This document shows, one piece after another, positions 61,611 to 64,000 of a DNA stretch of 64,000 nucleotides. Source of the stretch: Obrimoposthia wandeli (lineage: Eukaryota); NCBI GenBank assembly GCA_977020255.1, contig CDROCS010000253.1:1364001-1428000 (forward strand), in the 5' to 3' direction. A program made the translations under genes and the position numbers. Every line of letters starts with the position of its first letter. The stretch's first letter is position 1. A model generated the notes under the pieces. That model did no database searches and was not told where the DNA came from. It was given only the letters and a program-made list of their open reading frames with translations.

Positions 61611-62393
61611 ATGAATAGCCCAGTATTGAAGCCATTAGTCATTAAAATTGGTGGCGCCATTCTTGAAAAAGAATCAGCGCTTAATGCCTTACTAAACGTA
61701 ATTTCACAGCTGAAAAACAAGCAAGTGGTTTTGGTTCATGGTGGAGGCTGTGTAGTTGATGAAATGTTGGCTCAAGCGGGTTTTACTACCGAGAAAAAAC
61801 ACGGTTTACGCGTTACGCCTAAAGCGCAAATAGCGTTGATAAGCGGTGCGCTTGCCGGCACAGTTAATAAAGCCATTGTAGCCACGGCTAATAGTATGGG
61901 ATTAGCAGCGGTTGGTTTGTCGTTAAATGATGGTGATATGATCAGTTGTACGCTATCCACTCAAGACTTAGGTCAAGTGGGAGTACCACAAAGCAACAAC
62001 AGTAAATTATTAGACTGTTTATTAAAAGCTAAATTTCTACCGGTAATTTCTTCAATTGGTGCTTTAGATAATGGTGACTTAGTCAATGTTAATGCTGATG
62101 ATGCCGCCGTTGCTATTTGTCAGCTACTCAATGCAGAACTTTTACTACTAACTGATGTGAATGGCGTTAAAGGCGCTGATGGTGAGTATTTATCATCACT
62201 TAATGCTGAACAAGCGGAAAAGCTAATTAATCAGGGTGTAATTGCTGGCGGTATGACAGCCAAAGTAAATGCTGCCTTGCACGCTGCACAGCAATTACGA
62301 CGAAGTATCGCGGTTGCCAGTTGGCAGTCGCCAGAGCAAATTACCCAATTACTTGATGGTTACGGTGTTGGCACGCAAATCCAGCCAAACTAG
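61611..62393 (+). CDS. argB: Acetylglutamate kinase
   Basis: VIKIGGA, VHGGG, GLRVT, NVNADDAA, GGM.AKV. Confidence 0.97.
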   Translation: MNSPVLKPLVIKIGGAILEKESALNALLNVISQLKNKQVVLVHGGGCVVDEMLAQAGFTTEKKHGLRVTPKAQIALISGALAGTVNKAIVATANSMGLAAVGLSLNDGDMISCTLSTQDLGQVGVPQSNNSKLLDCLLKAKFLPVISSIGALDNGDLVNVNADDAAVAICQLLNAELLLLTDVNGVKGADGEYLSSLNAEQAEKLINQGVIAGGMTAKVNAALHAAQQLRRSIAVASWQSPEQITQLLDGYGVGTQIQPN

Positions 62394-62448
62394 CTTACAT
62401 GCAAAGCGATCATCAGAAGCTTTAAAGAAATATTGAGAGAAAATACTT

Positions 62449-63390
62449 ATGTCGACAAAGATAGCATTACAACAATTAAACAATTTTTTGGCTGATGATC
62501 AGTTAAATAAAAACGAATTATTAGCATTAATCGAATTAGCGATTAAGATAAAACAAAACCCTGAGGACTATAGCCAAGTATTGGCAGGTAAGTCAGTGGC
62601 GATGATCTTTGAAAAACCGTCTTTAAGAACACATGTTAGTTTTGACATGGGTATCAATAAGCTCGGTGGTCATGCATTATATTTAGGCCAACAAAATGGC
62701 AAGTTAGGTGAGCGTGAACGAGTCAGTGATTACGCAAAAAACTTATCATGTTTTGCTGATGTTATTGTTGCCCGCGTATTTAGTCATGATTCAATTCAAG
62801 GTTTAGCTGAACATGCTAGCATTCCGGTAATTAATGCGTTGTGTGACGTTTATCATCCGTGTCAGGCGCTTGCTGATTTTGTTACTTTATCAGAAACATA
62901 TCCAGATTTGAGCCAAGTAAAATTAGCCTATGTAGGCGATGGTAATAATGTTTCTAATTCATTAATGATCATGGCGGCAACGTTAGGTGTAGATTTTACT
63001 TTGATAAGCCCTGAAGGCCATGAAGCACAAACAGAGATTATTGAAAAAACAAAAAAACTTGCGCAAGAGTCAGGTAGTAAGTTAACACTTACTAATGATA
63101 TTGATGCGATTGGTAAACAAGATGTCATTTATACTGATACTTGGATTTCTATGGGTGATGAGGATGGCAGTAAAAAAGCTGAAATATTAGCTAAGTTTGC
63201 TCCTTATCAAGTAAATCACGAGCTAATGGCGAAAGCGGAAGCAAGCATGGTATTACACTGCCAACCGGCGCATTTGGAAGAAGAGATAACGACGGAACTC
63301 TTTGATAGTGAATTATCAAAAGTATTCCAACAAGCTGAAAATAGAATGTGGGCACAAAACGCCGTACTTGTTGCATTATTTACTAATTAA
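62449..63390 (+). CDS. argF: Ornithine carbamoyltransferase
   Basis: FEKPSLRT, HPCQALAD, YTDTWISMG, HCQPA. Confidence 0.96.
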   Translation: MSTKIALQQLNNFLADDQLNKNELLALIELAIKIKQNPEDYSQVLAGKSVAMIFEKPSLRTHVSFDMGINKLGGHALYLGQQNGKLGERERVSDYAKNLSCFADVIVARVFSHDSIQGLAEHASIPVINALCDVYHPCQALADFVTLSETYPDLSQVKLAYVGDGNNVSNSLMIMAATLGVDFTLISPEGHEAQTEIIEKTKKLAQESGSKLTLTNDIDAIGKQDVIYTDTWISMGDEDGSKKAEILAKFAPYQVNHELMAKAEASMVLHCQPAHLEEEITTELFDSELSKVFQQAENRMWAQNAVLVALFTN

Positions 63391-63610
63391 CCACTGTTCT
63401 AACTATTTGATGTAATAGCGATGTCAAAAGTACTCACATACAGCAGTATGTTCCGTGCTTTTTTCTTGCTATAGCATAATGAAAATTGATAAGTTAGAGG
63501 TAATGTGAACAAATTAGCTAAGAAATTTATTAGCAGTAAAAACAAAATAATTTTGGCTAAGTTGGTAATGATACTAACTAGCCACACCTAAAAATTTAAG
63601 AGAGAAGAAC

Positions 63611-64000
63611 ATGGCTTTAGCAAAGAAAAATATTAAAAAAGTAGTATTAGCATACTCTGGTGGATTAGATACTTCAGCTATCATTCCATGGTTAAAAGAG
63701 AACTATGACGGCTGTGAAGTTATTGCATTTTGTGCCGATGTTGGTCAAGGCGAAGAAGAGCTTGTTGGTATTCAAGAAAAAGCTATCGCTTCTGGTGCTT
63801 CTGAATGTCACGTAGTTGACTTAAAAGAAGAGTACATCAAGGAATACGTTTACCCTATCTTGAAAACAGGTGCGGTATATGAAGGTCAATACCTACTAGG
63901 TACGTCAATGGCGCGTCCAGTAATTGCTAAAGCACATGTTGAAATTGCTCTTAAAGTTGGTGCTGATGCACTTTGTCATGGTTGTACCGGTAAAGGTAAC
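63611..64000 (+). CDS. argG: Argininosuccinate synthase, partial (runs off the window)
   Basis: [35 protein letters not shown]. Confidence 0.97.
   Translation, partial: MALAKKNIKKVVLAYSGGLDTSAIIPWLKENYDGCEVIAFCADVGQGEEELVGIQEKAIASGASECHVVDLKEEYIKEYVYPILKTGAVYEGQYLLGTSMARPVIAKAHVEIALKVGADALCHGCTGKGN

Noticed and set aside
62449-63390. HCQP instead of HCLP in ArgF as a sign of altered transcarbamylase specificity
   Set aside because: Other OTCase motifs and the argCBFG context are normal; a single substitution is not enough evidence
63391-63610. Leader peptide or small ORF between argF and argG (including the 62-aa minus-strand ORF)
   Set aside because: No Arg-rich leader, no convincing RBS or attenuator structure

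Overview
AT-rich chromosomal window of a marine Alteromonadales gammaproteobacterium; the gene set and order (fadBA, glnA-glnLG, rpsF-priB-rpsR-rplI, yheS/yheV/slyX/fkpA, sodN-sodX, hemE, metJ-metBL, argE/argCBFG) suggest Colwellia (inference). Most of it is intact core metabolism, with no rRNA, tRNA or CRISPR array. The intergenic DNA carries the unusual features. (1) A candidate ~177-nt A-rich sRNA divergent from hemE, with its own sigma70 promoter, terminator and AAnAAnAA repeats. (2) A Fur-boxed Ni-SOD operon with a 60-aa HPGHDH membrane microprotein. (3) fadA cut off before two of its three catalytic residues, next to a heavily eroded IS4 relic. (4) A decayed dusA-associated integrase with arm-type repeats. 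(5) An ERIC-like MITE family in which two subfamilies share an identical nested 51-bp double-hairpin module. (6) A 2Fe-2S oxidoreductase relic. (7) Tandem Zur-like boxes before a stand-alone MerC-like gene. (8) Two small membrane ORFs missing from the ORF track. All family assignments come from motif recognition by eye, not database searches.
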